The notes: generated by a model not told the origin, from the letters alone. A stretch of 64,000 bases of DNA from Entomortierella parvispora E1425 (GCA_020891255.1 BQFW01000017.1:31344-95343); one strand, 5' to 3'. Positions 27,217 to 40,419 are shown, counted from the first letter of the stretch. A program made the numbers and translations.

Positions 27217-29713
27217 TTATGACCGGAGGTTCCTTTTGGCCTCATGCGCCTGCAGAGATTCGCGTAAATCCACAGGGAGCGCCTCGATCAAGAGTCGGAT
27301 TTGGTCCCGCAATTGCTCCTTCTGCTTTGACGAGGCTTTGATCACGCTCGCCTCTGGTGCAAACCGTCTGCGTTGCCGTTCGGGACTTGATTCCCTCACA
27401 GCACTGGAGGTGGAACGATCCCGATCGGACTGGCCCCCAATCTCTTCCCGAGGATCCTCAACCCACACATTGAGGGAGGATGAAGAAGACGAACGAGAGG
27501 GAGTCACAGCCCTGGATGATGTTGAGCTGAACGAGGACGCGTTCGAGAATGGACTTGAAGCATTCAAGGTAGCAGGGTGCAGGGGAATGGATTTCGAAGG
27601 GGTGCTTGGCAGTGGTTTGTTGGCTCCATTTCGGTGAGAGGTCTCGAAAGGAGGTGGGGTCAAGGTTCTAGATTCGCCTTCACTCCCACTGCCGCTGCCG
27701 CTTGCACTGTCACTCGCCCGAGGCCCTTCATTCGAGTCGCCGTTGTTATAACGTCTGTGATCCTCTGTCAAAATGGCTCTAGACCAGTCCTTGTCCGATG
27801 TCGCCGCGCTGTGAATCGAAGAGGAAGAGCCCTCTCTCGAAAGGCCAGGTCGTCGTCCAGTCTTGACTTTAAGTCCAAATAGATCCGTTTTGTGTCCTCC
27901 TGAAGGACCGCCAAGTTCCTCTCGCATCCGAACCAGCAGATCTACGAGTTCAACTTCATTTCGACCCTTGACCCATCCAGTGATATCTCCCAGACTTAAA
28001 ATCTCAAGGTACCGTCTTCGCAGTTCATTCTGGGCAGCAATGGTCCGAAGTCGAAGCCAGGTCGCGAAGTTGCCACATTGGAGGAAATCCTTGTAAAAAG
28101 TCTGGCAAGCATCCGCATTCGATTTAAATGTCGAGGTCTTGAACGAGATGGCGGGTGGGTTTTTAGCCAAGAACTTGAGAAAAGTCTGTTGTTTGAATGG
28201 CGCAATGTGAGGAAACTGAGATGTTGAAGAAAGAGAGCTAAATAGCATATAAAAAAGATAGTGTTGTCAATTACGCCATCCAGCTACCGAGATTGCAGCA
28301 CATTCCGGAGAGTACAACTCAAAACTCACATGTCGTTGGGCACCAATGTTGCAAAATACCGGTTCAAAGGTACTAGGAATCTCTCTGTCAGCGTCGCAAA
28401 GTGCTTTCTCAGAATATTGTCAAGTAGATATCCTGGTGATGATCGATTGGCGGTGGCTTCGGCCAACATGCACAGTAAGTTGGTGTCCTTTTGTATCACT
28501 CCCTTGCGCTTGCTTACGAGACCCTACAGTTTCGCGATACAGATACAGATACACAAGTTAGCTGGCGATGAAGCAGTTTTCTCCAGAATTGTGGCATAAA
28601 AAACAAGCCGTACCTGCACAAAGTCGAGTGAACTAGGTCGCGTGCCACTGCGAGTAGTACCAGCCACAGCCTTTCCATCAGTGAGTTTGCTATTCGGCCT
28701 CCGGTTTATGGGCTTGCCGATCTTGATGATATGTGGCCAGTGCTCAAGCGTCTTGATAAAGAAGGGGTTTGTAACGCCAAGGACAATGCTGCTGGGGGGC
28801 GACGATTTGTTACAAAACGATTTGAAGTCGGTGTCCTGGATGGTGAAGTAAGGTCTATAGTCTCCACAATATGGTATCTATAGCATGAAGTTGTGTTAGA
28901 GATGACCGATGCTTGCCGTCAGCGTTATTCTACTCCTAGCAACGGCTCTTCTTACAGGGTTGATTAGGTCGACCAGTGAGGCCACAGATTCACTGCAAAC
29001 CTCGGGCGAGGTGCCAATGAGCATGATGGGCTCTGCAAGGGTCATTAGCTCCCAGCAGAGCCACAGATCAGGGACTAGATCCTGGAAATGTTTGTACAGC
29101 CCTCCATCCATGGGAACAGAGGAAAGAATGTGTGTGTCGGGATGGAACGTTGCAATCTCGAACGGAGTCGTCTCAAGCAGTTGCGGTTGGTGGGGTTTGG
29201 CGATCTGAACCTGATAGAGGGTTCCCATGAAGGGCAGCTCCATCAGCGTGTTTGTCACAGGTGGTCGCCATCGAGCCATGTCATGAAAGGCAGTCTCCAG
29301 CATTGGTTTCCCAACTTCAAAGTACGCTGGTCCAAGGGCTGAAACTAACTTTGAAAAGAGACCAATGAACGGATGCTGGGACAGAAGAACAACCGACTTT
29401 TGAAAGTATCCGCGTCGGATGGAGGGGTCCTGTTTTTGGCGGAAGAAGACATATCCATACAAGAATCCAGCGTCAGTTGTTGGTCCAGTTGCAGCCCTGC
29501 CTGCGGTCGTTGAGCGGATGCGGAAGTTGAAGACGGTATCGCCCACATCAAAGGTATTCGAGTCGGGGAAAGAAGAGAAGCAGCTAAAGAAGAAGCGGAG
29601 CGGTGAGTGATCTAAATAACGGACCAATTGGAAGGTCTTATTGCAAGCGTGGTTCGTGTTTTTGGCGTCCCTGCGCTCGCAACATGTGAATGTTGCCAGA
29701 CTGCATGCATGCA

Positions 29714-29756
<43 letters not shown>

Positions 29757-31004
29757 ATGTGATGTGATGTGGAATGACTTACATGTTCTTGCGCTCCTCT
29801 GGAGTAAAGTCCGAGGGCGGATAGACCGACTCAATGGCTGTTGGGGTGGTTCACAGGAGAGTCGATGACAGAGAGGTCGGTTAGTCTGCAAGCTCACGGA
29901 GGCTCCCCCCTCGTCCGTCTCCTTTTCGCTCTTTCCCTTATTCCCCTTCTCCCTGCGGCTGACATGATCGGACTGAGCAGAATCTGTCCATGTGCCCCCA
30001 ATGGCAGAGACAGTGCTCTCTTTTTTTTGTCTCCCGGTCATCCCTGTCCTGTTTCTGTTTCCTTTTCTTTTTTCTTGTGACGATTGGTCATTGCTACGTT
30101 GTTCCTGGCGCTCGCTACTGACAGTTGCTGTTCTCCAGGTCCAGACTTCTCCAGGTCCAGACTTCTCCAGGTCCAGACTTCTCCAGGTCCAGACTTCTCC
30201 AGGTCCAGACTTTCCAGGTCCAGACTTCTCCAGGTCCAGACTTTCCAGGCATAGGCAGATAGGCGTATTTTCCCCTTTTTTTTTTTTCTTTTTTGGTAGA
30301 CTGGCCCCCTCGAGGGTCTGCATCCCACAAATAAATTACAAAAATAAAAACCACTTCATCGTCTACTTGCCTTGTCCTTTCTCGAGGTCAAAGTTGACCA
30401 CACAAAAGCAGACCATCCACTGTCGAAGCTGATCAATGGCAAGCATGTCCATAATGTCCCAGCTGCTCGGTCGTCGTCTGTGGCTCTCGCTCGTCAGGTC
30501 ACCGTGCTCTGAAATAACATCAACGACTGGTCGTCTGGGTCCTGCAGCTGCAGGCCCTGACGGGTGCTCCTGTGCTGATGAGTTGGTTCCCCGTTTGGGT
30601 GCTATTGTTGGACCCGCAGATTCGTGTAATAGTCCTGATGGTCCTGATGGTCCTGATAGTCCTAATGGTCCTGATCTGGATCCGGGCGAGGCTGGGATGG
30701 CTGACGAGGAAGAGGGGGTGTTGGCGCCTGAACGGAAGGCAGACGAGGACGACGAGGAGGAAGAGGTAGAGCCAGAGGCCATTGGGGAAGCGGGAGTAGA
30801 TGAAGAGAAGCTGGCAAAGGCAGCACCAGGCGAAGAACCCCTTGTGGGGCGAGTCTTTGAAACGACGTTGGAGTGCGTGCGTCGAAGAGAGGCCGCGCCA
30901 AAGAGCGCGGGCAAACTCTCTGTGCTGATGGAATGCATATTGTAGGGCTGGGAGCGATGCTTCGAGGCCTTTGGGTCAGGCAAGGAGCTGTCCTGAAGGG
31001 CCAT
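27217..31004 (-). CDS. DENN domain-containing protein 6 (DENND6/FAM116-like Rab GEF)
   Basis: CFCVVNFDLEKGQ|AIESVYPP, CFSSFPDSN, YGYVFFRQKQDPSIRRGYFQKSVVLLS, WELMTLAEP and LLGVTNPFFIKTLEHWPH motifs. Confidence 0.88.
29718..29755. repeat. (TG)19 microsatellite in DENND6 intron 2
   Basis: Perfect dinucleotide run read directly. Confidence 0.95.
30133..30249. repeat. 16-bp minisatellite (CTCCAGGTCCAGACTT), 7 copies plus a partial one, in DENND6 intron 1
   Basis: Six perfect 16-mers and one 15-mer variant in direct tandem with no spacers. Confidence 0.95.
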
Positions 31005-31614
31005 GGCGAAGGCTGCAAGGGAGGTTGATGGAGAAAAGTGCAAGGATGTGCAGAGGATGGCCAAGGATGACTTCAATAGCTTATGAGAGTTAAGGTGAAC
31101 TTGAAAACCAGTGCCAAGGACAAAGGATAGACCGGGTGACCTCAGGGGCTAGGAGAAGACAAAAGGCTGTGGTGGGTGAAAAAGGAAGGAGCCGGGCGAA
31201 GGGATGGACAAAGGGATGAACAGATTAGAACAAAGAAAGAAGGGAATGGATGAATGGATGAATGATGAATGAATGAATGAATGAATGAACAGAGTGCGAC
31301 AAAGGGAGAAAAAAGAGACTTGACTGACTGCAGTCTGATTAACTGACTGGCTGGGTGTTGTGTGGGGTGGGTGAGGAGGAAGAAGTGACAGCACAGCTAG
31401 CTTTATTTTATTTTATCCGATGTTTTTTTTATTGTCGTTTTATCTTTATCCTAGCTTTGTCGCCACTGTGATTGTCGCGTTCTTTCATTCTCGCTCCCTC
31501 TTTCTTTCCCTGTTTTCTCCTCCCTGTTCTCCCTCTCCTTCTTGTCATCTGCACTTTTCTTTCCTCTTTCTCTTCCCTCAGTCTTCATTCCTATCAATCA
31601 ACCCTATACCAAGG

Positions 31615-34312
31615 ATGACTGAGGACACCTCTCTCCTCCGTCAGCTCGACGTGCTGGCGATGCCTTCGCAACTCGACCCCTCCGTCAGCTTTCTCCATTA
31701 CACAGCTCTCCTTCGAACTCTCTCTCGCCACATACGCCACTTGCAAAGTCAAGTCCAGCAGGCCTGCCTGAACTCCACTTCTACGACCGACGCCAATGTG
31801 CCTATCTCCAATCCACCTTCTTCAACGGGCGTGTTTACCTTCGGGCCTTCTCCTCTCCCGCAAAAAAACATTTTGGATTCAAGCATGCTTCTCATGCTGA
31901 GATTCTGCAGAGTAGTTCTCCTGCAGTTGCCCAAACACCCAGCATTCAGGCCTCGTTTCCACACCACCGCTTTGAGCGCCTTGATGGCAGAGGCCCAACT
32001 GTTTCTAAGTCAAATCCACAATTACTGCGAGACGGGACCTCAGGCCTTCTTTGATGCCTTTACTGGGTCTTGCGAAATTGATAAAGACCAGAAACGCTTA
32101 CCTGTCATTACAGTCAGCAGCCCCAAAGACAAAGACGCTCCATTGAGCCAAATGATTACCGACTCGAGCCTCCTGCGCGCCAATGCACCCATCGCAGTCC
32201 CCAATAGAGTGGTCGCTTGTGAAAAAAGGAATGCTGCCAATGCTTCAGTTCTATCCTTGAACTCCGCCGAGGAATTGACTCATTTGCCTAAAGTTATTCC
32301 CCTACCCACCGTGTCCGACACTACATCAAAGCAACCATCAACATCTGACATTACCGACAATCGTTCTAGCGTACAGGGGCTGAAGGACATGAAAGTCATA
32401 CACGAATGTGGGCCCCCGCAATGTGACATCGCTCTTTCAGAATCAGGTCAGTGCGTTGGTACATATGATGGTGACACAAAGACGTTGGAGGCAGGGGCTA
32501 ACATCGTTGTGGTCGCCTCCATTAATCTGATTAGGTTGGGCAACGAAGCACTCCTTGGACAGGGGCGACTCGAAGTCGATGCTGCCTGCCAGTGGTGCCG
32601 CACTTGGGGTGCAGAACAAAGGATTAGCACAGGAGGGGCAAAATAGTACCATGACCAGCCTTCATTCTTCTTTGGGTACAAAGGCCCAACAGTCTGGTGT
32701 CAGAGCAGGATCTCCAGAAACTATCGAGATCATCGGCTCAGATGATCAGATACAATCATCGGGGCCAGTCTCGATGAAGTCTTCTAGTGCACTCGGCTTA
32801 ACTTCAAGCATGTATTCAGAAGAGGATAATGACTGTAAGCTTCAATCACAAGCGTTGGCCATGTCAAGAGTCACGATAAAATCTTGGCTATGCGACATCC
32901 CGGATGCCAATCCTGTCAAATCGCAAGGATCCCCCTTTGCTAGTCCGTGGCCTCCATCATTGGGTGGACCAGGTGGTCATCGAAACGAGGGTGATGCAAG
33001 GAGCGCGAAATCCCTTTTGCAAGCAACGACAACGCCTTCTTTGAAATCATACTCTTTGTCATTGAGACCGTTTGCAAAAGTTGCGGATTCATTGTTACAA
33101 AAAAATGATGATATTGGGACGAGCAGTGGGGTTGGCGATGGCGAGAGTGACGGCGACAGCGACAGTACTCTACAGTATCTGGAGGTAGACTCACCAGAAA
33201 GCGCTCAACGAAGGAGTGCTTGGGCAAAGATGCGATGTAACGATGCCCAAGTGGTCTTGTCTGACCAAACGCCAGACATAGCCAAGGCAGAAAAAGCCCC
33301 CGATAACATAGTGGACATGGGTCCAAAGAAGAGTGACATCCGAATCGGCCCTGCAGACAACGAAGGCTCCATGTTCACAGAGGAAAGGAGCGTGGGCAGA
33401 GCAAACAGAGGTAACCCCACGAATGCAGGCCCCAGCGCTGCAGCGGAAATGATGGTGGGATTGGAGAGAAATCGTCATCAGAGCAGTACTGACAGTACAA
33501 GAAGCACCAAAACTGTCCAGTGCAACGATGAAGCATACCCAGCAGTAGGTTTTATTGCTTTTCGAACGACAAGGGTGACTCTTGGCACGGCAATGGTTGA
33601 TCCAAGGCCAGAGAATAATTACATGCCAGAGCCAGCATTCAAACGGACCTATGTTCCCGAGGCTCATATCAGGGCTTACTCCGCAAGATCATGGACTGGT
33701 TCTGTGAGATCAAGCTCCAGTGACCAATCTCTGGTTACTTCATCTTCAAGATCACCCTCGTGGTCGCGTAGACCTGACCTTGGAGGCTGGGTCAAGCGGG
33801 TGTCAGATTCGGATGAGAGCATGAACAGAGAATCAAACCCTGCCCGGACTTTGTCGACCAGATCATCAAGATCCACATCATCTCTGCATCCTAATTGTGT
33901 CCATGGGCAAAGGCAGGATTTCATGGGGGAGGCAACCCCGGAGGTCCGTGGGCGTTATTCGGCATCTGAGGCATCGGCAATATTTACCCCACAGCCGACT
34001 GCGAGCCCGATCAGCACCGGAGGGCATGGTTCCCTTGGAGCAACAGTAGAGGAGAGGCGTAGAAGGTTTATGCAACCCTCGGATGCAGAGTCTGCATCGG
34101 GCCCAGCGATCAGGCCGATATCAAGATCAGGGTCGAGGTTGAGAGCAACATCATCCAGCACTTTGGCCGCAACAGGTGAGGACAGGGGTGGCAGCAGCAG
34201 GAGCAGCAGCACGGGCAGTCGGGGTCATGCATCGCCGGTGCAGGCGTCCAATACGAGCACACTGACTGTACAAGATGCGACGGTGCTGATGCGGCAACGG
34301 GGAAGGCGATGA
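31615..34312 (+). CDS. Uncharacterised protein: N-terminal USP8/AMSH-type MIT (USP8_dimer-like) domain plus long Ser-rich disordered tail
   Basis: Two long ORFs (31420-32646, 32555-34312) are joined in frame by intron 32447-32534 (TCA G|GT TGG). LRQLDVLAMPSQLDPSVSFLHY and MLLMLRFCRVVLLQLPKHPAF resemble the USP8_dimer consensus. Confidence 0.7.
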
Positions 34313-34565
34313 GCGAGCGCGGCCGAGCGAGGGGCCGAGGGATCGATTCGAGGGATCGATTCGAGGGCAAGCACATGGAGACAGACAGAGAGACAAACGC
34401 CACCAAAATAAAAGAGCGGGCAGAACGAGACCAAGAAAAGCCTATTCCTGTATTCCTGGTCGGCACACTTGCAATAAAAGAAAAGTGATCGAATGAAATC
34501 CGTCCCCGTCCCCGTTCAGGTCAGCACTGCACAGATCGACGGGCGGGAAGACGAACAGCCGGACC

Positions 34566-34632
34566 TGCACACTTGCACACTTGCAGACTTGCAGACTTGC
34601 ACACTGCACACTGCACACTGCACACTGCAGAC
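34566..34632. repeat. TGCA(C/G)AC(T) x9 array upstream of acyl-CoA oxidase
   Basis: Six TGCACAC and three TGCAGAC units with a 7-8 nt period. Confidence 0.85.
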
Positions 34633-34902
34633 ATGCCAGATCAGATCAGGGTTGATACTCGAGTGGGTCCGGCCGGTCTTTTCATCATCATCGCCGCTCC
34701 GTGCTTGCTCTCTTCTCTCTTCCCTCTTCTCTTCTCTCTCTCTTCTTCTCTTCTCTCATTTCTCTCTTCATTCAATCCTCATTCCTCCCATTCTTCCCTT
34801 AATTCCTTAATTCTCGTTTCTCCTCATCGCTCCCCTCTCTCATTCTTTCTTATTTTTTCTGTGCTACCCTTACTTCCTTTTAGCTCTTCTTTCCTCTCAA
34901 CC

Positions 34903-37523
34903 ATGTCCGCACTTCGTTTCCCTGATCTGCCTCCTTCGGAGCCCCAAGGCTGTGATCTTCTTGCCGAGGAGCGTTCAAAGACCACCTTCTCTGTCCACGA
35001 GTTGTCCAACTATCTTTTGGGTCAAGAGTACCTTGAGCGCCAGGAAAAGATGCTGGCCCTGATCGAGAACGAGCCTGCCTTCGACAAGTCCGAACGTTAC
35101 TTCCAGGGACGCACCGAGCGCTTTGCTCATGCCCTTCGCAAGGACCATGCCCTCGTGAAGCTCGCTCAGGAACAAAAGTGGACCCCTGAGGAGTTCCAGC
35201 AGGCCGATATTCTTATTGACGAACCCGGTCCATTCGGACTCCACCGCGGCATGTTCATGCCCACCCTTGTCTCCCAGGGTACTGAGGAGCAGCATGAGCG
35301 TTTCCTCAAGCCCGCTCTCCGCTACGAGATCATTGGATGCTATGCCCAGACCGAGATTGGTCACGGCTCCAATGTTCAGGGTATCGAGACCACCGCTACT
35401 TATCACCCCGAGACGGACGAATTTGAGATCCACACCCCCTTCCTGACTGCATGCAAGTGGTGGATCGGAGGTCTCGGTAAGGCTGCCAACCACGCCGTGG
35501 TGATGGCCCGCTTGGTCACTGCCGGCAAGGACTATGGCCCCCATGCGTTCTGTGTCCCCATCCGCTCGATGGAGGACCACACCCTCCTCCCCGGTGTCAT
35601 GGCTGGTGACATTGGACCAAAGTTTGGGTAGGTTTGCTTCGTTTTGCATGTGCTGCGATCGAGAGAGGTCGACAGAGATCCAGGGGTCCAGCGCGGACAG
35701 TTCCGTCTGGTTGACGGCCCTTCTCCCCAGTCGGAGTGTTTGTGCCGTGTGGGCGAATGAGATTCGATTCCACGTTCCTGGTCAATTTTACACTTTAGGC
35801 GGACCGACCGGACGAGTGGGAGGTCAGATCAGATCGGATCGAGGGCTGCCTTCTTTCCCCCCTCTCCCTTCCTCTGAACCATAGCCATGTGAGTGTCTTC
35901 ATACTAACACCAACCTCTGCCTGTTAATCGCAAACAGATACAACACCACCGACAATGGCTGCATGTGGTTCGACCACTACCGCGTCCCTCGCATCTCACT
36001 CCTTGCAAAGTACTCGAGCATTAAGCCCGGAACCGGCGAGTACGTCACGCCACCAAACTCAAAGCTCTCCTACGGCACCATGGTGCTTATCCGTGCCTCT
36101 CTCGTCGGCTATGCTCGCGTTGGACTCGCAAAGGCCGTCACCATCGCCACCCGCTACTCTGCGATCCGTCGCCAGTTCGTCGACAAGGATTCTCCCAAGA
36201 AGATGGGCAAGCTCGTTGTCGAGACACCAGTCCTGGATTACTCCATGCAGCAGTACCGCCTGTTCCCCATCATCGCTGCCGCCTACGCCTGCCATTTCAC
36301 CAGCAAGGAGATGATGCGTCTTTACTACCTCAACATCAAGAACATGGCTTCCGGCAACTTTTCTCTTTTGGCTGATGTTCACGCTTCTAGCTCTGGTCTC
36401 AAGTCTCTCACCACTACCATGGCCGCTGCCTCGATTGAGGAGTGCAGACGCGCCTGCGGTGGTCACGGTTTCTCCTCTTTCTCTGGTTTGCCCCTGATGC
36501 TCCAGGACTATGGTACGTGGTCAATGGGTCAATGGGTCAATGTCGAAACCTCCCCACCTGCCGCCCAATATTTTGTTCTACCATCCACTAACTTGATTGT
36601 GACACAACCTTACCTCTACAGCTCCTAACGTTACCTGGGAGGGAGACAACTACATGATCACCCAGCAGACGGGACGTTATCTCTTCAAGTCTTTCCGCGA
36701 CCTCGTTGCAAAGCGTGCTTCTGGAAAGTTCAGCGCCAGCCAGATCACCAACCCCACTCTCGCGTACTTGAACACCTACCTGGACAACCCTACGTTGAAG
36801 TGCCCTGCTACTACTCCCGCACAGTTCCACAACCCTGAGATCCAGCTGGCTGCCTACGGACATCGTGCCGCCCATATGGTGGCTGAGATTGTGCACGCTC
36901 TTGATGTCGAGAAGAGATCCTGGAACTCGATGTTGGTCGAGATTTACAATGCCTCGGTCGCCCATTGCCAGTTGATCCTCGTCCAGAACTTCATCTTGGG
37001 CATTCGCGGTGATATGCCCCAGCCTGAGGGCGTTACAGTTCCTGAACTCTCCCCTGCCGCCAAGGCCGCCATGACTGACTTGTCGGATCTCTTTGCTCTC
37101 CACCAGATCCACAAGCAGCCCGGTGAGTTCTTGACCTCGGGTTATATTGATGCCAAGCACGTGTCGATGATGGGCAAGGCTATCATGGACTTGATGGAGC
37201 AGAAGATCCGCCCCAACGCCGTCGGCCTTGTTGACAGCTTCTGCATGCCAGACTACTTTTTGAACAGTGCTCTTGGCCGTTTTGACGGAAAGGTTTACGA
37301 GGTACGAATTATTCCCTTTTTTTTTTATTGTTTTTATGATGATGATGAGGAGGAGAGAGCTTTTATATCTAACAATCCGTTTCACCACTCTTAGGCATAC
37401 ACCGAGATGGCGACCAAGGAGCCATTGAACCAGACGGAGGTCGTTGATGGTTATGAGCAATACATCAAGCCTTTCACCAACCCCAGGGGCGTCCAAGGGA
37501 AGACCATCCAGGCCCGCCTCTAG
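34903..37523 (+). CDS. POX1: Peroxisomal acyl-CoA oxidase
   Basis: IIGCYAQTEIGHGSNVQGIETTATY, KWWIGGLG, GDIGPKFG|YNTTDNG, IEECRRACGGHGFS, TWEGDN and SALGRFDGKVYE motifs. The C-terminus ends in a PTS1-like -ARL. Confidence 0.96.
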
Positions 37524-37589
37524 CAACCCCAAGATTGGCGATTGAGAAATAGAATACCCTTGTGCGTTCACAAAGAAATTAAAAATCAT

Positions 37590-40404
37590 TTATTGTACAG
37601 GAGCAAAGTCATCATCAGAGTCGGACAGGGATATTTGCTCACTCTGAGGTTTGTTTGGGGACCTTTTTGCTTTTGAAATCCGTTTTGAGAGTGGGGCACC
37701 ATCATCCGAATCGACAAGATCGATTACATCTGTTGATCCAGAGCGCTTTTTTGTGGATTCGGTTGCTGGCCGCCGAGCACTTGGCTTGGCGCGCTTGGGC
37801 TTTGCACGAGCCTCCTCCGGATCCATGTCACCTAGGGAGTCTCCATGAGCAAAAGCAGTTCTGGAGGCGTCTCGACCAAACTCTACAGTCACCGCAGGGT
37901 ATGCCGATATCGCACGCTTCTCCAAGTAAGATCGAGCTCGCGGTCCATTGACGACGTACCTAGTATTGTTGACAACGAGCAAAGAATGAAGAACTGTAAG
38001 GATCACTCTGGCATGGCGACAAATTCATCCACAGCAGCGTAACTAGCACAAATGGTCACGAACGCTATGGTTGCATAGGCGGTAAAGTGAAAATCTTCCC
38101 GCAGGTAGCCTTTGATAATAAGATGATTGATGATGCGGTCGAAATCCTAGACAGTCCAGGTGGAAACATACGAGTGAGTTACTGCCACACCACAGCGAGC
38201 GTGCACACGGAGTCATGAATTGCATCGCAAGAGTAAAGACTTACATCCTTGTTATCTCGGTCGTCTGGAACAGTTGTGTCGTGCTCAGTGCGGACGGCTT
38301 TTGCAATATTACGCAGTGGTCCTAGTCCTCTCCAGGCTTCGACGAGCTTTATCATTGTGACCCTTTCGTTTACGTCTTTGAAGCGATTCAGCAATGTGCA
38401 GAGGGAATGAACATCCCCACGGATATCTTCCGTTGCAAGGTCAGAACAGGAAAGGACACAGTTGTCACAAAAGCCACATGGTTCCAAGCGTGCGCTCAGG
38501 TGTTTCGAAAAGTGAACATCAAATAGTTGGTGACGGCAAGAGCGGACATCCTGAGCGTAGGCGATCATGGCATACACTGTTGAAAAAAAAATGAGTAGCG
38601 GTCAGTAAAGTCTGGTACCTTCGTCGCTCCATGGTATCTCATATCCACCCTGCTCACCATTCTTGATTCCTTCCGGTTCAGATATACACAGAGTAGAGAG
38701 ACGAGAAGCATCCTGGTCCCGATACAGCAAGAGGCATTCCGCAGGCTTGCCATCACGACCCGCGCGCCCTGATTCCTGATAATAGCCTAAAGGCAGCCAC
38801 ATCGGAAAGCAATGTTAATACACATTTTGAAGACAGCTATAATATTTCATATCCTTCTTCCTGATATACTTACCCTCCAGTGATTTTGCCATGCAGGCAT
38901 GTATAACAATACGCACGCTCGGGTGGTTGATTCCGAGCCCAAACGCTATTGTGGCACACACAACTTGAATGCGGCCATCTCTCCACTGCTCGTGGATGCT
39001 CTCTTTTTCGTAATCGTCCACTTCTGCATGGTATGCGGCAGTGACAATTCGCCCCTTGCTGGCTTCAGCAATTCCAGCCGCGAAAACATGGGTGTCTTTC
39101 TTTGACAAACAGTAAACAATCCCGCTTGATCCTGCATGCCTGCTCTGAATATAATGGGCCAGGAATTCGAAGGCTTCCTTGTTCGAGGCGGGCCTTGTCA
39201 TAACTTTGTAGGTCAGATTAGGGCGGAATAGCGGCGCATCAAAGAGTAGGGTGCCACCAGCCTGACCCAATGGGGACAGGTTCAACGTGGTCAAGACGGA
39301 CTGAATAACATTTGGTGGCGCCGTAGCTGTCAACGCCATGATTGGCGTATTCGGAAACAGCATCTAGAATAGAGAAAGGGGTTGAGTTCTCAGAGATACG
39401 TAGGCCACATCATCCTTGTAAAAAAAAATTTACAGCAGAAATCACCCCGTCAAATCAATTACCCTCAAGATGCCTAATTTCTACAGAAAGCCCAAAAAAA
39501 CGACAATATCAGCGAGCCATCCTGTTCATAGAAGCACCATCGATTTATTCCGCATCTTTGATGGCCAACCTTATAATCTGGACGAAAGTCGTGCCCAAGA
39601 TTCGAGCAACAGTGACATTCGTCGATCACAATCCTGGATAGTCGGCCGCTGGCATATACTTTCTCAAGCTGATTCATGAAGTACTTTGACTTGCTAATCT
39701 TCTCTGGCGTCACATAAACGAGTTTAAGAGACGGGTGCAAGTCAACGTTGGAGACGGAAGGTGGCTGTCCCGGCGTATTGCTTTTCTTTGAGGGCTTTGG
39801 GCCCAGCATGGCCTCCATGATTCTCTTTGATTCTTCTTTGGTCGTGTTGGAGGTGAGCATGCCTACACCAATACTAGCCTCCTCCAGATGGAAAGCTTGG
39901 TCGCGGATCAAGGAGAGTAGCGGAGACACCACTAGCGTGATTCCTGGACTGACAAGTGCTGGAAGTTGATAGCATAGCGACTTTCCTCCGCCTATAGCAG
40001 ATATCCCATGGTTGTTAGCTCCCATGTCAGTTGCGATTTAAAAATCATGACTGTCAGTGTCTTGCCCATTGCTATGTCCCACCTGTCGGCATCAAAACGA
40101 ATGTATCCCGTTGATCCAAGGACGCATTCATGACCGCAAGCTGTTTGTCGCGCCATTGATCGATATTCCAATGATTCTTGGCCAAGTCCCGAAGGGTATG
40201 TGACCAATCAAAATCCTCGCGATCATAGTCCTTTTCTTTCGCAGCTGGACTCTCCACCCGCGCGGACGAAGAGTCTTCTGCATCAGAAAAGGACGCGAGC
40301 AGGACGTCTCTGTACTCCTCGAGTTCGCTGCGACGGCGTTGAAGGTCGGCCATCTTCCTGTCAATCTCTGCCATCTCCTGCTCGATGGCATCAAGCTCAT
40401 CCAT
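37590..40404 (-). CDS. RecQ-family DNA helicase (RECQL1-like)
   Basis: N-terminal coiled coil, MPTG|GGKSLCYQLPA, VIDECHCCSNLGHDFRPDY (DExH), ALTATA, ATIAFGLGINHPSVR, YYQESGRAGRDG, RQC zinc motif CRHQLFDVHF..CGFCDNC. Confidence 0.94.
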
Positions 40405-40418
40405 GGTTGCTGTGGTGG

Positions 40419-40419
<1 letters not shown>

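Noticed and set aside
30133-30249. Direct repeats as a CRISPR array
   Set aside because: No spacers, eukaryotic intron context and no cas genes. It is a minisatellite.
29838-30323. N-terminal half of the 475-aa ORF 28896-30323
   Set aside because: It reads through DENND6 intron sequence (minisatellite, CA run). The true coding exons are recovered by splicing.
36588-37589. Long antisense ORFs over acyl-CoA oxidase, Yvc1 and pol (also 34975-35649, 20837-21547, 60514-61203)
   Set aside because: Expected shadows of strongly codon-biased genes, with no independent motifs.
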